This document shows, one piece after another, positions 33,131-45,087 of a stretch of DNA of 57,758 nucleotides. Under the pieces are notes generated by a model. The model searched no databases. It was not told the origin of the DNA and saw only the letters and a list, made by a program, of their open reading frames with translations. The stretch is from an uncultured delta proteobacterium (GTDB lineage: Bacteria > Desulfobacterota > Syntrophobacteria > Syntrophobacterales > Syntrophobacteraceae): NCBI GenBank assembly GCA_963808625.1, contig CAWEHK010000048.1, positions 1-57,758 of the forward strand, in the 5' to 3' direction. Position numbers and translations under genes: made by a program. Every line of letters begins with the position of its first letter. Position 1 is the stretch's first letter.

Positions 33131-35245
33131 ATGAACCCAACGAGACGCAATGAGGAAATCGTTGCCGAACTGATCGAAGAAGAACAAGAATTGGACTATG
33201 CGGCGGGGGCTTTCCGCCACATGCCACACCCTTTGTTAGACAAGGGGACGGCAGGCCCCAGGGGGAAAAGAGCGGGGTCGAGGAAGGGATTGGCCGCTCA
33301 TCCGTCTTCCCAGGCTTCAACCGTTGAGAGTTCGTGGACCCGACGCATCGCAAAAGCGATCCGGAACACGACGCGGTTATTGCTCGACACCCAATACGAC
33401 GAAGGTTACTGGTGGGCGGAGCTCGAATCCAATGTTTCGATCACCAGTGAATACATCATGCTTCACTACCTCCTGGGACTTTCGGATGCGGAGAAAGAAC
33501 GAAGCATGGTGAATTACCTCCTGAACCAGCAGCGCGCCGATGGCTCCTGGGGGTTGTATTACGGCGACGATGGGAACCTGAGCACCACCATAGAGGCTTA
33601 CTTTGCGCTTAAACTCGCCGGCGAGGATCCGCAATCCCCACCTCTCCTGAAGGCGAAAGAATATGTTCTCAGGCACGGAGGGATTGAGGCCTCGCGCGTG
33701 TTCACCAAGATCTGGCTGGCGCTCTTCGGCCAGTATGACTGGGATCGGGTCCCTTCCATGCCGGTCGAGCTGGTGCTTCTTCCACCCCATTTCCATTTCA
33801 ACATTTACGAATTCTCCAGTTGGGCGAGGGCTACCGTCGTTCCTCTCTCGATTGTCCTGAATATCCGTCCGAAGTTCGATCTGCCCTCCGGAAAAGCGCA
33901 TTCTGAGCTCTATCTGAAGGACGGCAGGGTAGCGCACACAGAAACGGTTTGCCTCGCTATACGCATAAGCTCTTCTTCCTCTTCGATCGCATCGCCAAAT
34001 GGATCGAAAGGAATCCGCTCCACACGCTGCGCAACCGCGCGATCCGGGCCGCTGAAACCTGGATCCTGGAGCATCAGGAAGAGAGCGGTGACTGGGGAGG
34101 AATCCAGCCTCCCATGGTCTATTGCATTCTGGCTCTGCATTACCTGGGCTATCCCTCGGACCATCCGGCGATGGTCAAGGGATGAGCGCTATCGAGGACT
34201 TCTGCCTCGAGGACAAGAGGGCCGCAGGATGCAGTCCTGCCTCTCCCCCGTATGGGATACGGCGCTCAATGCTCTGGCCCTTCTCGAAGCAGGTTTGCCC
34301 CCCGACCATCCCGCCCTCAAGCGGGCGGCATCCTGGTTGGTGAGCAGCAAATTATGACCGGCGGGGACTGGCAGGTGAAGAATTGCTGTACGCCGGGAGG
34401 ATGGGCCTTTGAATTCGTAAATACGCAGTATCCGGATGTGGATGATTCTGCCGTCGTCTTGACCACGCTCCATCGTTTGAGTTCCAGTCATACCGACGGC
34501 CTCGAGGCCGCCAAGCAACGGGGGATGGACTGGGTCCTTGAGCATGCAGAGCGATTCCGGAGGATGGGCGGCCTTCGATCGCAACAACGACATGGTGATT
34601 TTGAATCGAATCCCCTTCGCCGATCACGGAGCCATGGTCGATTACCCTACTGCGGATGTCACCGGAAGGGTCCTCGAAGCCATGGGGTATTTGGGTTTGA
34701 CAAATCACACCCGCGGGCGGTCACGGGGATCCAGTTCCTGCGCGAGCTGCAGGAGCCCGATGGCTGTTGGTGGGGACGGTGGGGCGTGAACTATATCTAT
34801 GGCACCTGGGGCGTGCTCCGGGGACTGATCAATATCGGCGAAGACCCGAAAGCTCCCTGGATTCAGGCGGCGCTGCAGCTGGCTCAAAGAACATCAGAAT
34901 GATGACGGCGGCTGGGGAGAAACGTGCGAATCCTACGCCAATCCCGAGCTCCGAGGCCAGGGGCCGAGCACCCCATCACAGACGGCCTGGGCGCTTATGG
35001 CCTTGATCGTGGGCGGTGAGGAGGACAGCTCCGAAGCCCGGCGGGGAATTCAATACCTCCTCAACACCCAAAAGCCCGATGGGGCTTGGGAGGAACTTTA
35101 CTTCACCGGCACCGGATTTCCCCAACATTTCTTCATCCGTTACCACAACTATCGCAACTGTTTTCCCTTAATGGCCCTGGGCCAGTACCTGGCAAAGCTC
35201 AAGGATAAACCCGGGGAGCTGTCCACGAAGTCACACGAATACTAA
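33131..35245 (+). CDS. shc: Squalene-hopene cyclase (multiple frameshifts)
   Basis: WWAELESNV, QW repeats (QRADGSW, QEESGDW, QEPDGCW), SPVWDT, YPDVDDSA (DxDD), WGVNYIYGT, FTGTGFP. Confidence 0.95.
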
Positions 35246-35353
35246 CGAAGACACACTAATAGAGCTTGTTAACCATCTCCAAACAAGCATTGCACGGAAC
35301 CCGTGGATTATCGGGACGGGGCTCGCCCCCATATGCATCAAGCTAACTTTACT

Positions 35354-35571
35354 GCCCTGAAGGGGCTTGATAAATCAGCCCAGGGTCAGCGCTAGCGCCA
35401 CCCTGGGGAGCCAGGTACAACACGACTATCTACCCTGAAGGGGTAGCATAAAACCTGGCGATACAACGATTTATCTAACCCTTTCAGGGTAAAGAAAAGG
35501 GAATTGGGTTTTCCCCTCCCAGGGTGGCGCTGTTGCTGACCCTGGGCTATTTTATGAAGCCCTTTCAGGGC
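35354..35571. repeat. ~215-bp inverted-repeat REP/MITE-like element
   Basis: gccctgaaggggctt..agcccagggtcagc..gccaccctgg mirrored by ccagggtggc..gctgaccctgggct..aagccctttcagggc. Confidence 0.8.
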
Positions 35572-35902
35572 ATTCATCATCCGACCGGCAACCGGTCGCA
35601 GGCACAAATCCACCTCGGGTAAACCCCTTAGCCTGATGCATATGAGGCTCGACCCCGCCCGAATGACCAACTCTGAATTTTGGACGATTGCCAAGTCACA
35701 CGAAGACCAGGACCTAATCTGAGCGATTTCGCCGCCAACTCTGCGTCATACCGGCGCAAGCCGGTATCCAGTAAGAAAAGCCAGAGACCGGATACCGGCT
35801 TGCGCCGGTATGTCGGGAGCAGGCTCTCAAAAAGGAATCGCTCAGTTTAGGTAAGCCTAACGAAGACACTCGAAAGGAGTCCACGGTCGCACTATCCAAC
35901 TT

Positions 35903-36020
35903 CCCCCATCCAAAATCCGACATCCAAAATCCGCAATCCGCAATCCGACATCCAAAATCCGACGTCCAAAATCCGACGTCCAAAATCCGAAATCCGACAT
36001 CCGAAATCCGACATCCGAAA
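35903..36020. repeat. AAATCCG/ACATCCG heptamer tract
   Basis: Run of about 16 degenerate heptamers downstream of panB. Confidence 0.85.
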
Positions 36021-36034
36021 TCTAGCGCTTCTTC

Positions 36035-36875
36035 CTATTCCCGACGCTTCAGCTTCGCGACTTCTTCCTCATTAATGGCAAAGCCATGTTCGGGACCCGG
36101 AAAGACCCCCTTTTCCACTTCTTCCCGGAAGTTTGCCAGAGCGTCCCTGATCGGTCCTGCGAGTTTGGCATACTGCTTGACGAATTTCGGGCGTGAACCG
36201 CTCAAAGAGCCCAAGCAAATCATGAATGACGAGGACCTGTCCATCGCAATCGCGGACCGGCGCCAATGCCGATGGTAGGAATGGGGATGGCTTCGGTGAC
36301 CATGGCTGCTATCGGTGAAGGAATTCCTTCCAGCACAATGCTGAAACAACCCGCTTCGGTGAGTGCCTGAGCGTCTTCGATAAGTTCCCTGGCCGCTTCA
36401 GCGGTCTTTCCCTGCACCTTGAATCCCCCGAATGCCGCTGAACTCTGCGGGGTCAGTCCTAAATGCCCCTGGACGGGAATTTGAGCATCCACAATGGCCT
36501 GTATCTGCGGCACAACTCTCCTGCCACCTTCGAGCTTTACCGCCTGCGCTCGGGCTTCCTTTATCAAACGACCGGCATTGAGCACGGCCTGTTCCACACT
36601 GACCTGGTACGAAAGGAAAGGCAGGTCACCGATCACCAGGGCATGTTTGGCCGTGCGTGCGACGGCACGGGTGTGATGGATCATCTCGTCCATGGTAATG
36701 GAGAGCGTATCCTCATGGCCAAGAACAACCATTGCCAGAGAATCTCCCACCAGAATCATATCGATCCCGCTCTGATCCACCCAAAGGGCCGTCGGATAAT
36801 CGTAGGCAGTCATCTCGGTGAGCTTCCGTTTGCCTTTGGCGGCGACAATATCAGGACGGTAACACGTTTTGTCAT
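36035..36875 (-). CDS. panB: 3-methyl-2-oxobutanoate hydroxymethyltransferase (frameshifted)
   Basis: [48 protein letters not shown]. Confidence 0.95.
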
Positions 36876-36924
36876 GATCAACACCTTTCGTCTTGGGTTG
36901 AGAATTCTTCTCAACTTCAAAACC

Positions 36925-37195
36925 GGTTCCCAAGCTCTGGCTTGGGAACCTACCTGCTTGGAAGCTCCAGCTTCGTCGGACCTGTGGATACCAATTGTAC
37001 CCAAGGGACATCGGAAGCTGAGTCGCCGCGTTCCGAAGCTGGACTTGGACGAGAAGCTGGAGCTTGGGAACGAGCGAAACTAGCGAACGAGCAAAAACCC
37101 TTACCATAACTACTGACCACTGACACTCGCCACTGACTACTGACCACTGACTACTGACTACTGACCACTGATCGCTGCCACTGATCACTAGCCAC
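36925..37195. repeat. GTTCCCAAGCTCxxGCTTGGGAAC REP-like cluster followed by a CTGAC(C/T)A heptamer tract
   Basis: Palindrome at 36925-36950, related units to 37074, heptamers at 37110-37195. Confidence 0.75.
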
Positions 37196-38128
37196 TATCT
37201 TTCAGATAGCTTGCCTCCAGTATTTTCACCAGCTGGGTAAGGGTCCGATTGACCGGAGTTGGAATCTGGGCCTGTTCCCCGAAGGCAACGATCGCGCCAT
37301 TGATGGCATCAATTTCGGTGCGTTTCCTGCGGTCCACATCCTGGCCCATGGAAGAACGGTTCCCGGCGGTCGCCTGGGCAATCGCCAACACCCGCTCGAC
37401 CATGTCTTCGCTGATCTGCGAAACCCTTTGCCCGGGCCACCAGCATGGCCTCTTCCACCGCTGCGCGGCAGAGGTCCCTGGCCACGGCGGTCTCAGCAAT
37501 AAAGCCGTTCCTGATCCCGGTCAGAGCAGTAATGGCATTGATCCCGACATTCGCATGCAGCTTTTCCCAGATAAGCTGTTCCATGCCGTCCCGGGCCTCA
37601 GTCTTGAATCCCAGCCTCCCGAAAGCGCTCAACCACCGCCTGCACGCGCGGTGAGGGCGGTCCCTGAGGTTCGCCGATAAAGGTCGGACCATTGCCTCCA
37701 TGGCGGACTCTGCCCGGTTCGACGAGCGTGGATCCCTGGGCCGTCGTCCCGACCAGGACCGATTCCCTGCCCACCAGCTGCGCGATCCGTTCCCAATTGC
37801 CGATGCCGTTCTGCAGGGTGAGAAACAGAGTATCGGGACGACAGTGTTCGATAACCTCGAAGACAGCGGCCTCGATGCTGTAAGTCTTGACCACCACGAG
37901 GACCAGGTCCGGGGTACCTCTTCAATGGAGCTCGGATGGTCATAGGCGGAAACCGCGTAACACTCGGCTGCTGCCGTCCAATTCCTCGACCACGAGACCA
38001 TTCCGGCGAATGGCTTGCGATATGCTCGCGTGTTAGTAGATAAGCAGGGAAACCCTGGCTTCAGTTCGTGAAAGCCTGGCCCCCAAAAGGCTTCCCAATG
38101 CCCCTGCGCCCAAGATCAGGATGTGCAT
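37188..38128 (-). CDS. panE: 2-dehydropantoate 2-reductase (frameshifted)
   Basis: [50 protein letters not shown]. Confidence 0.92.
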
Positions 38129-38183
38129 AACCTGTCCTTCTGCTCCCATTCGCCCCCGTTCAGGGGCAACTTGGATCGTTCTT

Positions 38184-38672
38184 TCAAAAGAGGAAGACAA
38201 ACAGCAAGAAGACCATTGCCAGAGTCACCAATACCGAGATCAGCAAAAAGATGTCCGGCAGCGTGGAAAACTCGGTATCTCCCTGGTTGATGTGACGACG
38301 CATATAGAAAAACCGCCACCCGGCCAGGAGCATGATAGCCGCACCCAAAATAAAGATCATCACACCCATGTATTGAGTTTTTCCCAGGTGAGCAAACTTC
38401 TCCGCCTGGGGCGAAATAACCCTGAGTTCACGAATCAGAAGATCGAAACGCTCGATGACGAAACTGAACACAATGAGCGAAATTCCGGTGCGGCACCACG
38501 CCAGGAAAGTCCTTTCATTGGCCATGTGATTCCGCTGCCAGGCAAAGAACGTGTTCTTGTCGGTCAAAGATCCTGCAGGATTCGGTGTCCTGGACGTGGC
38601 GACTGAGGACAAATGATTTGACCAGGGAACTGAGCCGATGGGGTGTTTGTTCACACTGGCTGTCTTTTCCAT
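38184..38672 (-). CDS. DUF202/YidH-family membrane protein
   Basis: HMANERTFLAWCRTGISL followed by TM segments. Confidence 0.85.
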   Translation of the reverse strand: MEKTASVNKHPIGSVPWSNHLSSVATSRTPNPAGSLTDKNTFFAWQRNHMANERTFLAWCRTGISLIVFSFVIERFDLLIRELRVISPQAEKFAHLGKTQYMGVMIFILGAAIMLLAGWRFFYMRRHINQGDTEFSTLPDIFLLISVLVTLAMVFLLFVFLF

Positions 38673-38731
38673 GACGTTTCCTCTTCATACCCAATGTTTG
38701 TTAATGAAAGCTCTGCAGGGAGCGGCGAATT

Positions 38732-39842
38732 TCAGCGGAGTTTCAGCGTAGCCAGGGAGATCAGAGCGAGGATGCCGGCAACAATCCACAGGCGAATGAC
38801 CACTTTGGTTTCGGCAATTCCTTTGTGCTGCAGGTTGTGATGCAGAGGAGCGCGATAGAAGATGCGCCGCCCCACCCATCTCACCCCGATTTTATCCTGA
38901 ATCTGGCTGGTAATGGCCTCGGCAAGGAAAAGCCCTCCGAGCAGCGGGAACAGCATTTCCTGTTTGAGCAGTACGGACATAACGGCCATGGTGCCGCCAA
39001 TCGCCAGGGAACCGGTATCACCCATGAAGATCTGGGCCGGATAGGCATTGTACCAGAGGAACCCCAAACCTGCCCCCACAAAAGCCGCCCCAAAAATGGT
39101 CAACTCTCCAACCCCTCTGAGATAGGGGTAAAAGAGGTAGCCCGAATAAATCCGATTCCCTTCGACATAGGCAAATATCCCAAGCACCGTGACCACAAAG
39201 AGAGCCGGCGTGATCGCCAGACCATCGAGCCCATCGGTGATGTTAACGGCATTGGAAACGAAAATGACGAAGAGGAGGATAAAGGTCCCGTAGACGAATC
39301 GGTCCCAAATCCACGAGAGCGTATTTATAAAAGGGGATGTAGAGCTTGGTCGCCAGTGCGGCTTCAAAGGGAGCGTAAGGGCCGACACAAAACCAGGCGA
39401 AACCGAAAGCAAAAAGCCCCTGCGCAATGAGCTTGTTGCGCTCCGAAATCCCCATATCGCCGCTGCGTCTCTGGACCTTCGAGTAGTCATCGCAAAAACC
39501 AAGCAAGCCAAACCAGAGCATTCCCGCCACGGAGCAAATGAGAAACGGGTTGTGCCAGTTTCCCCAGAGCGCCATGGAGCTGAGAACCGCCCCGATGATG
39601 AGGACTCCCCCCATCGTTGGCGTTCCGCTCTTGTCGAATGCGGAATGGACGCCGGTCTCGCGAACCTGGTCCAGAAGGCTCCGCCGGTGCATGAAGAGGA
39701 TGAAACGGCGGCTGAAAAGGAAAACGAAAATAACCGCAGTCAGCGCTGCCATGATCGCCCGGAAGGTTATGTAGTTCACCAGGCGGAAAAAGGAAAAGTA
39801 TCCGAGAGTTGCATCAGAAAATTGCCGATTTCGATAAACCAT
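38732..39842 (-). CDS. mraY: Phospho-N-acetylmuramoyl-pentapeptide transferase (frameshifted)
   Basis: YITFR, KSGTPTMGG, GFCDDY, SNAVNITDGLDGL, PAQIFMGDTGSL, APLHH..ETKVVIR. Confidence 0.93.
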
Positions 39843-39844
39843 GG

Positions 39845-42027
39845 CTAAGCAGTCCTCTCGCCGGGGTTGAGGTGAATGAGGCGAGATCTCCGGGCCCTCG
39901 CTTTCCTCCGTTAATCTCTCGCGGCAGCATTTCTGAACGCTCTTGTAGGTTTCCTTAATGGAGAAATGCGGCTGAAAATCCGTAGCGGTCAGAATGAAGC
40001 CGGAAATCTGCGTGAGCATGGCCTCTGAAGGTTTGACAACATTGCGTTCCACCAGGCGCCTGATGCCGACCAGCGCCGCGTTTGCGGACTTGCCAGTAGT
40101 GCGATTCTCTCAGGCGGAGCAGCACTTCCATGAGTATCTTGATCGGTCGCCGATTTCGCCGAGGGCCTTCGCCGCTTCTGCTGCCACCTCAAACGATTTG
40201 TCCTTCAGGCAGCTCAGCATGGCCGCAATCCAGATTTCGCTTTCCCTTCCAGGCGCGGAGCAAAGTGCGCTACGGCGCGCACACACCTGGGAGCGAACTT
40301 CAAAATAAGGGTCCTCGATAGCGATCAGCAAATGCTTTTCGATATTCGCATCACAGTGATTGAGCACCTGCAGGGCCTGAACAATATTGCGCCTGATAAA
40401 AGCAACCTGTTCGAAAGTCGCCCCCGCAACAGCGCCTGATGAAGCTCGCCGGGGTTCGGTCCACCAGCATATGCAGCAAGGTCGGGACCTTTTGATGATA
40501 ATGGGTGAACCCGACAAGTTTCACTCCCAGGTTGCGGTCCTGCCAATCCTTGTGGCTGAGCAAGCGCGGCCGCTCGATGCCGGTAGTAGACCAGATCGTC
40601 CTCATCTCCCACCACCAGCAGGGGGTCGTAGGCTTCGGGTGAACGGTCGATAGGCGGCGCTGAGCACCTGCAGGAGGCGCTGATTGCTCAGCAGCGGCTT
40701 TAAAGGGGACGGTGTCTCACTGGTCCCGTTATCGAAGCTATGGTCCTGATAGATCTCGCTCAGGATCCGCTCGACCGCACGGTGTCTGAAGAACGTCCTG
40801 CCTTTGGCCCCCATCTCCCGCAAGCGCTCAGGATCTTCCAAGCAGGCGCAAAATGCGCTCCGCCAAAAGCTTCCCCTTCCAACTTCTCCAGGACCTTGCC
40901 ATTTTCAACGACCGTATCCTCGAACACTATTTCCGTGGCGCCGCTGTGTTTCATGGCGCGGGCATTCATCACCTGGTGGTCCCCGGGGAGGTTCGCCTTG
41001 GGAATCAGAAAGGCCGGTTTGCCCATGCGGGAAATCTCATTCAGGCTTCCGGCGCCGCTGCGGCAGACGATCAGATCACTGATGGAATAGACATCGGCAA
41101 TGTTGTGAAAATAATCCTGGCGGTAGTAGAAGGTGTCGAGCAGGCCCTTTTCCTCGGCGGACAGGGTTTTCTCCAGGCGCATCGCGGTATCGGCGGCAGC
41201 GTCATACTCATTAGATTTGGCGAGACCCGTACCATGGATGATAAACAAACGCTCCCGATGGGGAATGAGATAGGGCAAGGCATCCACCAACGCCCGATTG
41301 ATGGTGCGGGCGCCCTGGGAACCGCCAAAGACAAAAACCACCCGCCGCTCTTCCGCGCACTTGAAACGGAAGGTGGGCAAGGGCCTCTTCCCTGGGTTTC
41401 AAAGCAATGGAATGGCGGATGGGGTAGCCCACCAGGACGCCGTTGCTGGGAAAGAACGAGAGGGTTTGAGGAAAGGTGAGGAGCACCCGGTCCACCCAGC
41501 GTCCCAGAAGCACATTCAGTTGCCCGGGAATACTGTTCTGTTCGTGCAGAAAGACCTTCGTCGGGGAGAGGCGAAGCAGCTGCAAAATCAGGGTAGCCAG
41601 GATGATCGGCGCGCTGACATACCCTCCGGTTGCGATCACCCAGCGGGGGGCAAACCAGAGGAGGATTGCCACGCCATGGATGGTTCCCATGGTCAATTTG
41701 CAGAGAAAGCGCACCAGCCGAAAGGAGGGCTTCAGTCCAGGAAATCCCTCGGAGGAGACAAACCGGAGCGGATAACCCGCCCGCCTCACAATGACGCTTT
41801 CCGCCTTGCCGCGCACACCAATGTAGAGGAAGTGTGCATGCGGTTCGCGCTTTCTCATGCCTTCGGCAATGGCTAGGGCTGGGTTGACATGGCCACCCGT
41901 CCCGCCGCCGGTCAGGATGATCCGCGCTTCCCTGGAAGCCAGCCGCCGCCATCGCCAACCGGCGAAACCGGCAAGCCCACAAAGCACAGGCCAAACAAAT
42001 GAACAGTATCACCATACTAGTACTCAT
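39845..42027 (-). CDS. murG: MurG-like glycosyltransferase with N-terminal TM helix and C-terminal HEAT-repeat extension (frameshifted)
   Basis: TGGGTGGHVNPA, GGYVSAP, HEQN, GGSQGA, CRSGAGS, DHQVMNA; then DPYFEVR and DKSFEVAAEAAKALGEIG HEAT-like motifs. Confidence 0.8.
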
Positions 42028-42145
42028 GAGCCTGATTTCTGCTGAATGCCCGTGAAAAAGCCATTCCCCTATTTTGGCGTCTGCTTGTGTGACCAACTAC
42101 CTGGTTGCGGAGCCAATTGCCTGGTTGTGGAGCCAATTGCTTGGT

Positions 42146-42199
42146 TGTGGGGCAGGCTTTCCAGCCTGCCAGGGGGCAGGCTGGAAAGCCTGCCCCACA
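42146..42199. repeat. Inverted REP doublet
   Basis: tgtggggcaggctttccagcctgcc..ggcaggctggaaagcctgccccaca, preceded by 20-bp tandem repeats; related copy near 20941-20967. Confidence 0.85.
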
Positions 42200-42243
42200 C
42201 AGTAGTTTTCTGCCCCACAAACAGGCTGCGGCCACCGGTCGTG

Positions 42244-42991
42244 CTAACTCCTCCCTGTACTCTCCTCCAGCACCCGTTCCCAGGGGATACAACCGGAGCG
42301 GACCAGTCTCACTGGAGAAGTGCTGACATCAACTATGGTAGATGGAAGTTTCTCGTACTTCCCTCCCGAGCGACCGGCACCAGTAACTTCATCGACCAGA
42401 GCGAAAAACTCAACGGAGGGCGGGTTTTCCAACCCGCCAGTCAAACTGGCATCAATGACCCCATCGACCTGAGCGAGAAACTCCGCCGGCACTTCCCGGA
42501 GCGTCTCGTACGGGCGCTCGCCGGCCGGATTGGCGCTGGTTGCCGTCAGCAACCCTCCCGCCTCGGCTGCCAGGGCTTGCGATACGGGATGAGAAGAGAT
42601 GCGAATGCCAATCTTACCCGTGTTCCCGTGGACCTGCGGCAAAATATGCGCAGCCGCCCGCAAAACAAGCGTAAGGGGTCCGGGCCAGAAGGCCTGAGCC
42701 AACCTTTCGGCCAGCATCGGCCATTCGGCCACCGCCTGATAAACCGCCTCGAGGTTTGCCGCAATCAGGGGAAGCGGTTTGCTGAATTCCCTGCCCTTGA
42801 TCCGGTAGATCCTCTCAACAGCCAACAGCAGCCCGGGATCTCCGCCCAAACCATAGAAGGTTTCTGTCGGGTAGAGGATGACGCCCGCCTCGGGAAAGTA
42901 ACTTGCCTGCGAGACCGAGTATTTCCGGTTCCGGGCGTTCCGGATTAACCCTCCAAATGGGTGTATCAAGAGTGAACGCACCCGGTTGCAT
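42244..42991 (-). CDS. tsaC: Threonylcarbamoyl-AMP synthase (Sua5/YrdC; frameshift near N-terminus)
   Basis: YPTETFYGL, IKGR..KPL, FWPGPLT, TATSAN, PSTIVD. Confidence 0.92.
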
Positions 42992-43008
42992 GACTCCGGT
43001 TAGCGGAG

Positions 43009-43570
43009 CTATCCGCGCTTCGGCTTTTTGTCTTCCGCCTTCTGACGCCTGCTGGTGAGGTATTCCTCGAGTTTTCTGGTTTTTGTTTCCGACAATATCT
43101 TCCGCCATTTTCTTCTTAAAGAGCTGCAGTTTGCTGCTCAGCGCAGGTTCCTGCAAAGCCAGTATCTGCACGGCAAAGAGCGCCGCGTTGCGAGCTCCTC
43201 CCTTGCCTATGGCCATGGTGGCGACGGGAATTCCCGGAGGCATCTGGACGGTCGAGAGGAGGGCATCGAGGCCTTGCAGGGGAGAGGAAGCAACCGGTAC
43301 GCCGATGACCGGCAGGAGCGTTTCGGCCGCGAGCACCCCGGCCAGATGAGCCGCCCACCCGGCGGCGGCGATCAGGACCTTCAACCCGCGCTCGGCGCCG
43401 CTCCTGGCATAGGCAGAGGTTTCCCCGGGAGAACGGTGCGCCGAGAGAACGCGCACTTCATAGGGGACTTCAAACTCGTCCAGGACTTGCAGCGCCTCTT
43501 CCATAACCGGAAGATCGGAGTCGCTGCCCATGATCACTCCCACCTTCGGGGTGGGTTCTTGCTCCGCCAT
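43009..43570 (-). CDS. purE: N5-CAIR mutase
   Basis: [41 protein letters not shown]; 3' end inferred across a frameshift. Confidence 0.95.
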
Positions 43571-43600
43571 CTCTATTTTCCTCTGTTGTAAAAAGCATCT

Positions 43601-43725
43601 CACCGCAGAGACGCAGAGAGCGCAGAGAGAAACCTAGAAATGTCTCTGCACTGCCAACCTGCGATTTCCTGAAATTCTGTCAGGATTTTGCTCTAAGTTA
43701 TTGTTTTCTCTGCGTCTCTGCGGTG
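43601..43725. repeat. Inverted repeat CACCGCAGAGACGCAGAG..CTCTGCGTCTCTGCGGTG
   Basis: 18-bp perfect IR in the purD-purE spacer. Confidence 0.8.
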
Positions 43726-43730
43726 AATTA

Positions 43731-45026
43731 TTAGTTCTTGCCGATATCCTGGCGATAGTACATGCCCTCGAACGATACTTTCTCCATCTCCCTAAAAGCG
43801 ACGGCTCTTGCTTCGGTAAGGTCCTTCCCCTCGCTCACGATGCACAGGACCCGCCCGCCGGTGGTAAGCAGCTGCCCGGCGCCATCCCGTTCCGTCCCTG
43901 AATGAAAGGCAAGGCACGCGGGATCAATTCGGTCGACCCCCGTGATCGGGACGCCGATCTTATAGCGGTCCGGATAGCCCTTGTACCAGCCTTTTTTGCC
44001 CTTGGTGGGACCGCTCACGGCAATGAGGCAGAGACGGTAGTGTTGGTTCCAGGAGAGTCGAACGTCCTTCAGGCGCCCGGAGAGAATCGCCTCACAAACA
44101 TCGACCAGGTCGGTTTCAAGCCGCGGGAGAATGACCTGGGCCTCCGGATCGCCCAGGCGGATGTTGATCTCGAGCACGTGAGGGACGATCTTGGCCCCTT
44201 CCCCGGTGAGCATCAAGCCGAGATAAAGAATGCCGCGGTAGAGTATCCCGTACCGTTCCCGCACGCCATGAATGAGCGGTTCGGCAACCTGGGACATGAT
44301 CGTCCGGACGAGGGCATCGTCAAGCCACGGATGGGGCGAGTACGCTCCCATGCCCCCCGTATTTTTGCCTTCGTCATTGTCCCTGGCCCGTTTATAGTCT
44401 TGAACCGCTTCCATGGGAACGATGGAATAACCGTCGGTAAAGCAGAAAAAAGACAGTTCTCGCCCATACAGCCGCTTCTCGATGTCGACGCGGGCTCCGG
44501 CGTCGCCGAAAATGCGTTCCTCCATCACCGCATGGATCGCGGCCTCCGCGTCCCGGGTTTCGTCACAGACCAGCGAGCCCTTTCCCGCGGCCAGGCCGTC
44601 GGCTTTCACCACCACCGGGTAGCCCACCTGCCGGACGTAATCCCGAGCCCTCTCGGGATCGGAAAAGACCTCAAACTCGGGAATCGGGATTCCCAGTTCG
44701 CGCAGCATGAGCTTGGTATCGCATTTGCTGGATTCCAGGCGGCTCGCCCGCTGGCTGGGACCGACGATGGCCAGCCCCCGGCTCTCGAAAAGGTCGACAA
44801 TTCCAGCAGATAAGGGCTTTTCCGGTCCCACAAAGGTGAGGTCGATTCTTTCTTTCTCCGCGAAATCGGCCATTTCCTGGATTGTCCTGACGTCCACACA
44901 AGTGGCGATTTGCGCGATCCCGGCATTGCCATGGGCCACGTATACCTGCTTTACGCGCTGGCTTTGAGCGAACTTCCAGGCAATGGCATGGTCTCTGCCT
45001 CCGGTCCCGATGACGAGCACTTTCAT
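43731..45026 (-). CDS. purD: Phosphoribosylamine-glycine ligase
   Basis: MKVLVIGTGGRDHA, VGPE, VVKADGLAAGKG, QDYKR, NTGGMGAYSP, RLGDPE, TGGRVL. Confidence 0.97.
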   Translation of the reverse strand: MKVLVIGTGGRDHAIAWKFAQSQRVKQVYVAHGNAGIAQIATCVDVRTIQEMADFAEKERIDLTFVGPEKPLSAGIVDLFESRGLAIVGPSQRASRLESSKCDTKLMLRELGIPIPEFEVFSDPERARDYVRQVGYPVVVKADGLAAGKGSLVCDETRDAEAAIHAVMEERIFGDAGARVDIEKRLYGRELSFFCFTDGYSIVPMEAVQDYKRARDNDEGKNTGGMGAYSPHPWLDDALVRTIMSQVAEPLIHGVRERYGILYRGILYLGLMLTGEGAKIVPHVLEINIRLGDPEAQVILPRLETDLVDVCEAILSGRLKDVRLSWNQHYRLCLIAVSGPTKGKKGWYKGYPDRYKIGVPITGVDRIDPACLAFHSGTERDGAGQLLTTGGRVLCIVSEGKDLTEARAVAFREMEKVSFEGMYYRQDIGKN

Positions 45027-45087
45027 GAAGGATTCTTTCTCTCCTATGCTAAGGGGTGCACCTACACTTTTGACACAATACTCCAAG

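Noticed and set aside
34183..34185. In-frame TGA in shc as selenocysteine
   Set aside because: Explained by a missing base in a G run; SHC homology resumes in another frame.
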